DNA of 64,000 nt from Gammaproteobacteria bacterium (GCA_041495205.1 JBGQCF010000005.1:9343-73342); one strand, 5' to 3'. Positions 36,265-44,920 are shown, counted from the first letter of the stretch. Translations and numbers: made by a program. Notes: generated by a model not told the origin, from the sequence alone.

Positions 36265-37149
36265 TTACGTGGTCGTTCCCTGAGCGTAAAATCCGTGGCA
36301 TTCCTGCTCACGCCCGCGAACCACCCTCTTGCCAACCAGCGGCCCACGCGTCTCTGTAACAACGGTGCATTGGCGTTCCACGTGGTCGGTATCATAGAAA
36401 TAAAGGACAACCCAATCGCGAAGTCTTCCAAGTTTGTGTGCCAAAGCCGTGTTCGAGTAGAGTGCTGTAAAGTGCCACTCTCCGCGCTCGGTATGAAGTA
36501 CCGGCAACCAAGCTTCATTCTTGGGGTTGAATCGCTTCGGTGTGATTTTAGGCAAATGCCCTGATGCGGCTTTATCACGGTATTCACGGTCTATGTCCAG
36601 CAGCGTTTCAACCGGGGGCTCATGAGCCTTCTCGTTTACGAGACGCGGCCGTCGCGTTCTCACGCGGCCAAGCATTTTATCCAGAATAGCACGCCATGCA
36701 GCTGCGCGCCTTGAGCCTATGCCGGGAACGCTTTCGAGCCTTCCGTCATGGGCGGCTGATTCCAGCTCTTCGAGGGTATCGATATGCAAGGTATCGTGAA
36801 TTCGCTTGGCTAGCTCCGGCCCCATGCCTGGGACTGACTGAAACAGGGCCGCAGGGTCGGTGGTTCCACGCAGGCGTTCCAATTGGCCCCACCGTTCTGT
36901 AACCAGAATTTCTGCTATCGCAGAGGCAATGCCTTTACCAATGCCGGGAAGCGCATCGAGACCTTCAACTCCCTCCGCTCCAAATATGTCGCGCACGCTT
37001 CGGGGAAGATGCGCGATCGTATCGGCTGCCTTGCGATAAGCGTTCACACGGAACGGATTGGCGCCCTGACTGCGAAGGAGATCCGCTGCCTCGCGTAGTT
37101 TGTCGGCGATCTGTTGATTCTCCGACCACGATGTTTCGGCTTGGGTCAT
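36265..37149 (-). CDS. Helix-hairpin-helix DNA-binding protein resembling the N-terminal (8 kDa/fingers) part of family X polymerases, without a polymerase palm
   Basis: The 294 aa ORF has three HhH-type GIG motifs (LPGIGKGIA, VPGMGPELA, VPGIGSRRA). No GSxRRG...DxD nucleotidyltransferase motif is present. I do not recognise the ~130 aa C-terminal domain. Confidence 0.65.
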   Translation of the reverse strand: MTQAETSWSENQQIADKLREAADLLRSQGANPFRVNAYRKAADTIAHLPRSVRDIFGAEGVEGLDALPGIGKGIASAIAEILVTERWGQLERLRGTTDPAALFQSVPGMGPELAKRIHDTLHIDTLEELESAAHDGRLESVPGIGSRRAAAWRAILDKMLGRVRTRRPRLVNEKAHEPPVETLLDIDREYRDKAASGHLPKITPKRFNPKNEAWLPVLHTERGEWHFTALYSNTALAHKLGRLRDWVVLYFYDTDHVERQCTVVTETRGPLVGKRVVRGREQECHGFYAQGTTT

Positions 37150-37243
37150 TCGAGCGACGGGATACTCAGCTAAGTTGTTACATGATTATATTTGTTTTTG
37201 TTGCTCCAACGGCCAAATAGTGGTTCGAGGCGCCAGCCTGAGG

Positions 37244-37249
37244 TATAAT
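37244..37249 (+). promoter_or_regulatory. Candidate -10 hexamer (TATAAT) upstream of the DUF4124 gene
   Basis: A perfect TATAAT lies 75 nt upstream of the ATG at 37324, but the -35 element is weak. Confidence 0.3.
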
Positions 37250-37323
37250 TTCCAAAAGCCTGATACTTCCAGGCAGCCCACTCCTTCAGATTGCGCGCCC
37301 GGTCCTCTCGTTAAGCTCCTGCC

Positions 37324-37857
37324 ATGAAACGAAACGCTTTACCATTACTGATCTGCCTGCTGCCCGCCGTCGCCCTTGCTCAGACCGTGTACGAATCAAA
37401 AGATAAGGAAGGCCCGGTGTTCACGGACACACCGAGTCCAAGCGCCCAGCCGGTCGATCTCCCACCTGCCAACGTCATCGACACCCCGACACTGGCGCAG
37501 CAGCAACCCGTCAGCCAGCCTGCTAACCCGGGCTACACGGCGGTCGCCATTCTTTCACCGCAGGAGCAGGGTACCGTGCATACCAATACTGGTGAGTTTC
37601 AAGTCAGCCTCGCTCTCACCCCGGCGCTGCAGAGCGGCAACGCTATTAGCGTATCCTTAGACGGGACAACGTTGCCCACGCTGCGAAACTCTATGCAGTT
37701 CGACATCACGCCCGACGAATGGAAGAGCGCAGCCAAGGACAATGTTCTGCATGAGCTTGAAGTTGCTGTATTGGACGGTTCGGGCAACACCCTGATCACT
37801 GCAGACCCGGTGAAGTTCTATGTACACCGCGCCTTCATCCGCCGGCAAGAGCGTTGA
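37324..37857 (+). CDS. Secreted DUF4124-like protein
   Basis: The protein has a signal peptide followed by VYESKDKEGPVFTDTP, which is typical of a DUF4124 N-terminus. Confidence 0.6.
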   Translation: MKRNALPLLICLLPAVALAQTVYESKDKEGPVFTDTPSPSAQPVDLPPANVIDTPTLAQQQPVSQPANPGYTAVAILSPQEQGTVHTNTGEFQVSLALTPALQSGNAISVSLDGTTLPTLRNSMQFDITPDEWKSAAKDNVLHELEVAVLDGSGNTLITADPVKFYVHRAFIRRQER

Positions 37858-37939
37858 CAACCGGCGTTAGCGGACTCTGGCGGAGAGCGGGAGCGATGAG
37901 ACAGGACTTACGGATCGCGGCCAAAAGCTCGCCATATCG

Positions 37940-38206
37940 GGGAAGCCTCTGGGGTGATTCTCGATGGAATAGCGGCGATTGTGCGGCGAGTCGTCGTCAG
38001 CGTCGCTAGGCCCGTATTCTGCGCCGAGGTTCGTCGGAGACGCTGCCTGGTAGTCGCGACGGGTACTACGAATGGAAAACAACTGGCCCGCCCGTAAGCC
38101 CCCCTACTTCTTTACCATGACGGATGGACAACCCTTTTTGCTATGGCCGGGATGTGGGATTGCTGTGAACGCGAACGTGACCGGATCGAAACGTTTGCGT
38201 TAATAG
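37940..38206 (+). pseudogene. Decayed SOS-response-associated peptidase (SRAP/YedK-family) gene fragment
   Basis: Three frames together spell SRAP-like blocks: LWGDSRW.., SVARPVFCAEVRRRRCLVVATG, GYYEWK, KPPYFFTMTDGQPF and FAMAGMWDCCERERDRIETFALI. The blocks are interrupted by frameshifts and stops, and the N-terminal Cys2 region is missing. Confidence 0.5.
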
Positions 38207-38225
38207 ATGTTGCTAGTTGCAGATT

Positions 38226-38316
38226 TGGTGCCCGGAGCCGGAGTCGAACCGGCACGGGCTGGTTAGAGCCCGAGGGATTTTAAGTCCCTTGTGTCTACCA
38301 ATTCCACCATCCGGGC
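38226..38316 (-). tRNA. leuZ: tRNA-Leu (anticodon UAA), encoded CCA end
   Basis: The sequence folds as a cloverleaf with a long variable arm and the anticodon loop CTTAAAA. It is close to E. coli leuZ. Confidence 0.9.
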
Positions 38317-38366
38317 ATAAAAGTGATTCTACTAGACCCTAAGAAGCAAGTTCCGGTGAGCTTAAT

Positions 38367-38440
38367 GACACAAGGGACTACGTCCCTTTTCGTCGCAGCT
38401 CAGACTCCTCGCTGCGATCTACCAATTCCACCATCCTGGG
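38367..38440 (-). repeat. tRNA-Leu-derived fragments (5' acceptor/D-arm copy plus an inverted 13-mer)
   Basis: Region 38418-38440 repeats the first ~22 nt of the tRNA-Leu (19 nt identical: TCTACCAATTCCACCATCC on the + strand). Region 38367-38379 (GACACAAGGGACT) is the inverted copy of 38283-38295 inside the tRNA. No T-arm is present, so this is not a functional tRNA. Confidence 0.6.
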
Positions 38441-38459
38441 TATGAAGCTCAAACTTGTT

Positions 38460-38533
38460 TGGAGGCGGGGGTCGGAATTGAACCGGCGTCCACGGCTTTG
38501 CAGGCCGCTGCATGACCACTCTGCCACCCCGCC
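38460..38533 (-). tRNA. cysT: tRNA-Cys (anticodon GCA), encoded CCA end
   Basis: The 74 nt sequence has the acceptor stem GGCGGGG/CCCCGCC and the anticodon loop CTGCAAA. There is one C-A mismatch in the T stem. Confidence 0.85.
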
Positions 38534-38638
38534 ACTTTTACGGACATTAAAAACTAAAAAGGAAAACGAAGTTTTAGTGGAGGCCACCTTTCGGGTTATG
38601 CCGTAGCTAAAACACTTCATCTTCGTTTCATTTGGAAT

Positions 38639-38714
38639 TGGAGCGGGAAACGAGGCTCGAACTCGCGACCTCAACCTTGGCAAGGTTGCGCTCTACCAAC
38701 TGAGCTATTCCCGC
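38639..38714 (-). tRNA. glyW: tRNA-Gly (anticodon GCC), encoded CCA end
   Basis: The 76 nt sequence is nearly identical in pattern to E. coli glyW (GCGGGAATAGCTCAGTTGGTAGAGC...TTGCCAA...). Confidence 0.92.
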
Positions 38715-38764
38715 AAAAAACTGAGTGTGCATTATAGGAGTCTGCTCACTAAAGTCAAGGATGC

Positions 38765-39358
38765 TCACCCGCGTTTCAACGCCTGCGGCATAGCTTTTTT
38801 CAGATAGTAGGCCATTGACCACAAAGTCAAAATTGCCGCAATGTAAATGCACCAGGTGCCGATCAATTGGGCGTTCAGCATCCACGGCAAAGTATCGTGA
38901 TAAAGCAGCAGCAAAATTGCGGCCATTTGCGAAATCGTTTTGATTTTGCCGAGAAAGGACACCGCCACGCTTTTGGCGGCGCCAATTTTTGCCATCCATT
39001 CGCGCAGTGCGGAAACTGCGATTTCGCGGCCGATGATGATGAAAGCGATCAGCACATCCACGCGGCTGCTCCCGTCTTGATTATCTTTGAGCGAGACCAA
39101 GATAATCAACGCGGCTACTACCATAAGCTTGTCGGCGACCGGGTCGAGAAACGCACCAAAAGCCGAGGTTTGGTTGAGCGTGCGCGCGAGATAGCCGTCA
39201 AGCCAGTCGCTGATCGCGGCGACGGCAAAAATTGCCGTCGCCAGCTGATTTTTATGATGCATGGCCAGCGCGGCATCGGAAAGATAGAAGATCCCGATAA
39301 ACAGCGGAATCAGAAGAATCCGCAGCCAAGTGATGAGAATGGGTATGTTGAATGGCAT
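38765..39358 (-). CDS. pgsA: CDP-diacylglycerol--glycerol-3-phosphate 3-phosphatidyltransferase
   Basis: The 197 aa ORF has the CDP-alcohol phosphatidyltransferase motif (DGYLAR...GAFLDPVADK) and sits in the uvrC-pgsA-tRNA order. Confidence 0.9.
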   Translation of the reverse strand: MPFNIPILITWLRILLIPLFIGIFYLSDAALAMHHKNQLATAIFAVAAISDWLDGYLARTLNQTSAFGAFLDPVADKLMVVAALIILVSLKDNQDGSSRVDVLIAFIIIGREIAVSALREWMAKIGAAKSVAVSFLGKIKTISQMAAILLLLYHDTLPWMLNAQLIGTWCIYIAAILTLWSMAYYLKKAMPQALKRG

Positions 39359-39366
39359 GGGGTGCG

Positions 39367-41166
39367 CTAATGCAGCTCGCGATAGATAATTTCGGCCAGT
39401 TTGCGGCTGATGCCCTCCACCATCGCGAGGTCGTCCACACTCGCCACAAGCACGCCCCTTAGTCCGCCAAACCGCGCTAGCAGTTTTTGCCGGCGCTTCG
39501 CGCCCACACCGTCGATTTTTTCCAGTGAAGACGTAACGCGCGCCTTGGCGCGCCTGGCGCGGTGACCCTGAATCGCGAAGCGGTGTGCTTCATCGCGGAT
39601 ATGTTGAATCAGATGCAACCCGACATTGTCGCCTGCCAATTGTAGCGGTTTTTCATCTCCCGGGAAAATCAGTTGTTCCAAACCCGGCTTGCGTTCTTCG
39701 CCTTTTGCCACGCCGATTAAATAAATATCATTCAGGCCTAGCTCCGCCAGAATTTCTTTAGCTGCATTCACTTGCCCTTTGCCGCCATCAACCAGTAACA
39801 GATCTGGTACTTTGCCCTCGCCCGCCGATATTTTACGGTAGCGCCGCGCCAATACTTCGCGCATGGCCGCGACATCATCACCCGGTGTGATGCCTTCGAT
39901 ATTGTAACGGCGGTATTCGCCGCTTTGCATGGAAAGATTATCAAACACCACGCACGAACCTATGGTGGCTTCGCCCATGGTGTGGCTGATGTCGAAACAT
40001 TCGATGCGCTGTACACTCGCGGGCAGTCCCAGAACTTGCAGCAGGGTCTGCAGCCGCGCTTCCTGTGTAGCCTGACTGCTGTATTTTTGCTCGACGGCGA
40101 GAGTCGCGTTTTGCATCGCCATATTGAGCCAAACGCGCCGTTCCCCAACCGGCCTTGAGAAGATTTGCACTTTATGCCCTGCATAGCCGCTTAACGCTGT
40201 TTCCGGCGCGTCTTTGGCTATCGGTTGGTTGACAATAATGGTTTGAGGAGCTTTGCGGCCTAGATAATGCTGCAGCAGGAATGCTTCCAGCGCGGCCGCC
40301 GGCTCATACCCTTCCGCATTCTGCGGGAAAAAGCTTTTGTCCCCCAGATGCCTGCCGCCCCTTACCATTACCACATTGACACACAGCAATCCAGAGCGGG
40401 CAACACAAGCCACGATGTCCGCATCCACCTCGTTATGGCTGCTCACAAACTGTTTTTCCTGGATTGTGCGCAGCGACTGGATTTGATCGCGATAAAGCGC
40501 TGCCATTTCGTATTGCCGCTCATCGGCCGCATCCTGCATTTTCTGCGTGAGTATTTGCAAAACTCGGTTTTGTTTGCCCTGCAAAAACAGCAATGCGTTA
40601 TCCACGTCAGCGCGGTATGTCGCTTCGTCAATCAAGTTCACGCAAGGCGCGGTACAGCGCCTGATTTGATATAGCAGGCATGGGCGGGAGCGGTTAGCAA
40701 ATGCGCTGTCTTCGCAGGTGCGGATGCGGAAGACTTTCTGCAGCAGCTGAATGCTCTCCCTTACCGCCCAGGCATTCGGGTAAGGGCCGAAGTATCGATT
40801 TTTCTTGTCCAGCGCTCCACGGTGAAACCCGAGGCGTGGGAAGCGGTGCTTGCTTAATACGATATACGGATATGATTTATCATCTCTGAACAATATGTTA
40901 TATCTTGGAGTTAAACTTTTTATTAAGTTGTTTTCGAGGAGCAGCGCCTCAGCCTCAGAACGGGTTACCGTGGTCTCGATCTCCGTGACTTGCGATACCA
41001 TCAACTGGGTGCGCGGAGCAAGCGAGGTTTTCTGAAAGTACGATGAAACACGCTTTTTAAGGTCACGCGCTTTGCCGGCATAAATCACCTCCCCTGCCGC
41101 GTTCAGCATGCGGTACACCCCGGGCAAATGAGGCAGTCCGGAAATCATTTCCTTGGCGTTAAACAT
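39367..41166 (-). CDS. uvrC: Excinuclease ABC subunit C
   Basis: The 599 aa ORF has an N-terminal GIY-YIG domain ([18 protein letters not shown]), a UvrBC domain and a C-terminal HhH. Confidence 0.95.
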   Translation of the reverse strand: MFNAKEMISGLPHLPGVYRMLNAAGEVIYAGKARDLKKRVSSYFQKTSLAPRTQLMVSQVTEIETTVTRSEAEALLLENNLIKSLTPRYNILFRDDKSYPYIVLSKHRFPRLGFHRGALDKKNRYFGPYPNAWAVRESIQLLQKVFRIRTCEDSAFANRSRPCLLYQIRRCTAPCVNLIDEATYRADVDNALLFLQGKQNRVLQILTQKMQDAADERQYEMAALYRDQIQSLRTIQEKQFVSSHNEVDADIVACVARSGLLCVNVVMVRGGRHLGDKSFFPQNAEGYEPAAALEAFLLQHYLGRKAPQTIIVNQPIAKDAPETALSGYAGHKVQIFSRPVGERRVWLNMAMQNATLAVEQKYSSQATQEARLQTLLQVLGLPASVQRIECFDISHTMGEATIGSCVVFDNLSMQSGEYRRYNIEGITPGDDVAAMREVLARRYRKISAGEGKVPDLLLVDGGKGQVNAAKEILAELGLNDIYLIGVAKGEERKPGLEQLIFPGDEKPLQLAGDNVGLHLIQHIRDEAHRFAIQGHRARRAKARVTSSLEKIDGVGAKRRQKLLARFGGLRGVLVASVDDLAMVEGISRKLAEIIYRELH

Positions 41167-41248
41167 GCTCTTTAAAACCTAGGCTCAGCTTCATTCATCC
41201 AGCGGCTTCTCGGCTATTGCCCAATTTACGCAGCGAAGCTGCTTAAAA

Positions 41249-41917
41249 TCAGGTTTCCTTTTGCATTAAGAGTTGATGGCTGATGCGGGCAAAGACTGCT
41301 TCGAACATTTGCTGGGTCAGGCGTCTGGTCTGGGTATTATAACGGCTGCAGTGATAGCTATCGTATAAGGTGAGGCCATTTGGCAGAGCATGCACTGAGT
41401 CGTGAGCAAACAGGAAATCCTTTATCTTGAGGCCCAAGGCTTTCAGCACGGCGCGATGCGCAATCGTTCCTAAAGCAAGCACCGCGGAACCTTTATCCAT
41501 GACTTTAATTTCGCGAGCCAAATATTTGTTGCAAATTAACATTTCATCATTATTTGGCTTGTTGTTTGGAGGCAGGCATTTGACTGCGTTAGTGACGCGA
41601 CAGGCAATAAGCTGCAAACCGTCATGGCTGTCGGTCGAATAGGGCTGATTGGCAAAATCGAAACGGTGCAACGTCTGGTAGAGCAATATTCCGGCGTAAT
41701 CGCCGGTAAACGGGCGGCCGGTGCGGTTTGCCCCATGCATTCCCGGCGCTAATCCGACAATCAGCAGTTTTGCGTGCGCGTCGCCAAACGCCGGGACGGG
41801 CATTGCGTAATAATCCGGGTAATCGCGCTTGACTTGATCGAGATAGCGTGCAAGCCGTGGGCAATCCCTGCATTCCAGACAGAAACCGGCATCGGTTGGT
41901 TTTCTTTTCATCTTCAC
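41249..41917 (-). CDS. Uracil-DNA glycosylase superfamily protein (family 5/UDGb-like, Fe-S type)
   Basis: The protein has the motif VGLAPGMHGANRTGRPFTGD and an N-terminal Cys cluster (CLECRDCPRL). Confidence 0.8.
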   Translation of the reverse strand: MKMKRKPTDAGFCLECRDCPRLARYLDQVKRDYPDYYAMPVPAFGDAHAKLLIVGLAPGMHGANRTGRPFTGDYAGILLYQTLHRFDFANQPYSTDSHDGLQLIACRVTNAVKCLPPNNKPNNDEMLICNKYLAREIKVMDKGSAVLALGTIAHRAVLKALGLKIKDFLFAHDSVHALPNGLTLYDSYHCSRYNTQTRRLTQQMFEAVFARISHQLLMQKET

Positions 41918-41961
41918 TCTATAGTAAAATCACTCTTTTTCGAAGGGCGAACGCTAGGCTT

Positions 41962-42528
41962 ATGTCCAAAGTTCTTGCAACCGAAATCAGGGCCGGCAGT
42001 CTGATCGAATTTGATAAGCGCGTATGGCGCGTGCTTAAATGCTATCACGTCCATGTAGGTGGCCGCGGTGGTGCTTTCATGCAGGTGGAAATGAAGGATA
42101 TAGAAAGCGGTACCAAGCTTAATCAACGCTTCCGCACCGATGAGAAAGTTGAGCGCGCTTATGTTGAAAGCAGGGAAATGGAATATCTGTATAACGATGG
42201 CGGCAGCCTGGTGTTCATGGACAAGGGAAATTACGAGCAACTCAGCTTATCTGCAGATTTTCTCGAGGGGCAGGTGCAATACCTGCTGCCTAATACCGGC
42301 GTTCAAATGAACTTCCACAATGATCGGGTAATCGGCCTGCAACTGCCTCCAAGCGTGGTGCTGACCATTACCGAAACTGAGCCGAACCTGAAAGGCGCGA
42401 CCGCGACCAGCTCATATAAACCCGCCAAGACTGAAACCGGATTGATCGTAATGGTTCCGCCGTTTGTTCTTGAAGGCGAAAAAATAAAGATCAACACCGA
42501 TTCCGGCGAGTATATCGAAAGAGTATAA
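41962..42528 (+). CDS. efp: Elongation factor P (variant with Arg at the loop tip)
   Basis: The 188 aa ORF starts at MSKVLATEIRAG and has the C-terminal block ATSSYKPAKTETGLIVMVPPF. The beta3-beta4 loop reads HVGGRGGAF. Confidence 0.85.
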   Translation: MSKVLATEIRAGSLIEFDKRVWRVLKCYHVHVGGRGGAFMQVEMKDIESGTKLNQRFRTDEKVERAYVESREMEYLYNDGGSLVFMDKGNYEQLSLSADFLEGQVQYLLPNTGVQMNFHNDRVIGLQLPPSVVLTITETEPNLKGATATSSYKPAKTETGLIVMVPPFVLEGEKIKINTDSGEYIERV

Positions 42529-42565
42529 CCTCTTCGATCTTGCACCAAGACGAGTGTCCGCGCGT

Positions 42566-43462
42566 TTATTTTGGATGGATGCGGATGGAACTCGTATAGC
42601 GCTGCTCCTGTTGGACTTCCGGCTGCAGCGTGACGTGGTCAATATCAAATTGCCGGTGCAGCATGATTTGCGCGGACTCGAGTATTTTCGGCCAGACATT
42701 GAGATCACGCACTTCCAAATGAGCGGAGAGCGCTATTCTGCCGGATGCCAATGTCCAGATATGCAGGTCATGCACCGAGCGCACGCCTTCAATTCCCGCC
42801 ATCTGTTGCCCCACTGATTCCATTTGTAAATTGGGCGGCACCCCTTCCATCAGCACATGCAATGCTTCGCGGAACAGACTGAGCGTGGAAAACAGGATGA
42901 GCCCGGCCACCACCAGCGACAGAATCGGGTCTACCGGCATCCAGCCGGTAAAGTAAATCACCGCGCCGGCAATCAATGCCGAAACCGAGCCGAGCAGATC
43001 GCCCATCACATGCAGCAGCGCGGCGCGCAAATTGAGCGTCTGCTCACCACGGCTCAATAGCAGCGCTACAAGTATGTTGACGATAAGTCCGATAGCGGCA
43101 ATCGCCATCACCGCCGCGCCCGCAACGGGTTGCGGCTGACGCAACCTTGCCACCGCTTCCACTACGATGAATAAAATCACCAGCAACATGATAAGGCCGT
43201 TTAACAGGGCGGCGATGATTTCGGCGCGCAATAAGCCATAGGAGTGACGGCGGGTCGGTGGGCGTTTCGCCACCCAGCTGGCGAATGCGGTAAGGCCTAG
43301 CGTTATACAATCGGAAAACATGTGGCCGGCATCGCTCAACAACGCCAGGGAGCCTGACCACCAGCCGCCCGTGGCTTCTACCAGCGCAAAGGCGAAGGTA
43401 ATCAGCAATGCCCAGCGCATGCGCCGGCTTGTTTCCCGGGAATGAGTATTATGAGGTTCCAT
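42566..43462 (-). CDS. Cation diffusion facilitator (CzcD/ZitB-type) metal efflux protein
   Basis: The 298 aa ORF has 6 TM segments, HxxxD-type sites (DAGHMFSD, HVMGD) and a C-terminal cytoplasmic domain. Confidence 0.85.
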   Translation of the reverse strand: MEPHNTHSRETSRRMRWALLITFAFALVEATGGWWSGSLALLSDAGHMFSDCITLGLTAFASWVAKRPPTRRHSYGLLRAEIIAALLNGLIMLLVILFIVVEAVARLRQPQPVAGAAVMAIAAIGLIVNILVALLLSRGEQTLNLRAALLHVMGDLLGSVSALIAGAVIYFTGWMPVDPILSLVVAGLILFSTLSLFREALHVLMEGVPPNLQMESVGQQMAGIEGVRSVHDLHIWTLASGRIALSAHLEVRDLNVWPKILESAQIMLHRQFDIDHVTLQPEVQQEQRYTSSIRIHPK

Positions 43463-44543
43463 CCGTGCTCCCGCCGCTCAAGGCGAGATCTCCGCTGCGC
43501 AATCCGATGCTTGCAACCAAGTGCACGGCTTTAGCGTAATAAGCATCTTCGCGCAGCCGCAACAGCGAACCAGGCTGCGGCCTGCCGTGCAGCTGCGCCA
43601 GCCGGGCCAAGCTCACCGGGGGCATTTCCCAGAGCAAGCCATCCAGCAATTCATCTGACGCTGTCGGATTATTATTGCATGCCAGCACCATGTCGCAGCC
43701 GGCGTTAAGTGCCGCATACGCGCGCTGTATGATACCTCCAGCGACACTTGCGCCTTCCATGCTTAAATCATCGCTGAAAACCGCGCCTTCAAACCCAAGC
43801 CGTTTGCGCAGAACGTCCTTGAGCCAGATGCTGGAGAAGCCCGCAGGGAGTTTGTCCACTTTGGGATAGATGACATGCGCCGGCATGATTGCGCTCAAGC
43901 CGTAATCTATCATTTGCGTGAAAGGCAGCAAGTCCTGCATTTCCATATCCTGCAGGCTGCGCTCATCTACCGGCAGCTCGAGATGGGAGTCCGCCGCGAT
44001 GAAACCATGCCCTGGAAAATGCTTGCCTACCGCCGCCATTCCGCCTTGCTTAAGTCCCAGCATCAGGTTGTGCGCCAATTCGGCTATCGCCTGCGGGTCG
44101 CTATGAAAAGCACGGTCACCGATGACGCTGCTTGCACCGTGATCCACATCCAGCACCGGGGTAAAGCTTAGGTCCACGCCACAAGCGCGCAATTCTGCAG
44201 CCAGCACAAACCCGGTCATGTGAGCAAGGTCTTTGGCATGCTGCGCGTGCGTGTCCCATATTTTACCCAGCTCGCGCATTGCCGGAAGCCGTGTAAAGCC
44301 GTCGCGGAAGCGCTGTACCCTCCCCCCTTCGTGGTCTACTCCGATTAGCAGGTGCGGGTTGCGCAAGGCGTGAATATCCGCGGTAAGCTCGGCAAGCTGC
44401 GGCGGCGACTGATAATTGCGACTGAACAGAATCACCCCGCCTGTCAGCGGCTTCAGCAGGCGTTCTTCCTCCTCGGGCAGGAGTTGCGGTCCGCCGATAT
44501 CCAGCATCACCGGCCCGAGCGGCATCATGGCAGCGGTTTTCAT
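43449..44543 (-). CDS. nagZ: Beta-N-acetylhexosaminidase NagZ (GH3)
   Basis: The protein carries the blocks IGVDHEGGRVQRF, KHFPGHG and FSDDLSM. The exact start is uncertain. Confidence 0.9.
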   Translation of the reverse strand: MKTAAMMPLGPVMLDIGGPQLLPEEEERLLKPLTGGVILFSRNYQSPPQLAELTADIHALRNPHLLIGVDHEGGRVQRFRDGFTRLPAMRELGKIWDTHAQHAKDLAHMTGFVLAAELRACGVDLSFTPVLDVDHGASSVIGDRAFHSDPQAIAELAHNLMLGLKQGGMAAVGKHFPGHGFIAADSHLELPVDERSLQDMEMQDLLPFTQMIDYGLSAIMPAHVIYPKVDKLPAGFSSIWLKDVLRKRLGFEGAVFSDDLSMEGASVAGGIIQRAYAALNAGCDMVLACNNNPTASDELLDGLLWEMPPVSLARLAQLHGRPQPGSLLRLREDAYYAKAVHLVASIGLRSGDLALSGGSTDGTS

Positions 44544-44920
44544 GGCTGCTCTAATATCACCATGGCACAGGCTAGGTTGTTTTCATCGCTCAGGCTGAGA
44601 TGATGGCGCCCAATGTTGCGTTCTTTAAGGTAGCGCTCGAGCGCCGGATGGAAACGCAATTCCGGCTTTCCCAAATCATCATGTGCAACGCTGATATGGC
44701 TCAGGATAACGGGATAGCAGAAGCCGCATCCAACGGCTTTGGCAAAAGCCTCTTTTGCCGCAAAACTGTTGGCCAGGAAAGCGGCAGGCCGTTTGCTGGC
44801 GGCGAACTCCTGCAGTTCGATATGCGTCAGGACCCTTTTTGCAAAACGCCCCCCGTATTTTTCCAGGAGACGGGATGTCCGCCTCATTTCCACTAGGTCG
44901 ATGCCAATCCCGTATATCAC
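44540..44920 (-). CDS. acpS: Holo-ACP synthase
   Basis: A GTG start gives [11 protein letters not shown], the typical AcpS N-terminus, and forms a GTGA overlap with the pdxJ stop. Confidence 0.85.
   Translation of the reverse strand: MIYGIGIDLVEMRRTSRLLEKYGGRFAKRVLTHIELQEFAASKRPAAFLANSFAAKEAFAKAVGCGFCYPVILSHISVAHDDLGKPELRFHPALERYLKERNIGRHHLSLSDENNLACAMVILEQP

Noticed and set aside
38378-38999. ORFs of 101 aa and 123 aa overlap the tRNA-Cys and tRNA-Gly genes and the 3' end of pgsA.
   Set aside because: They overlap well-supported tRNA genes and pgsA, and they have no coding features.
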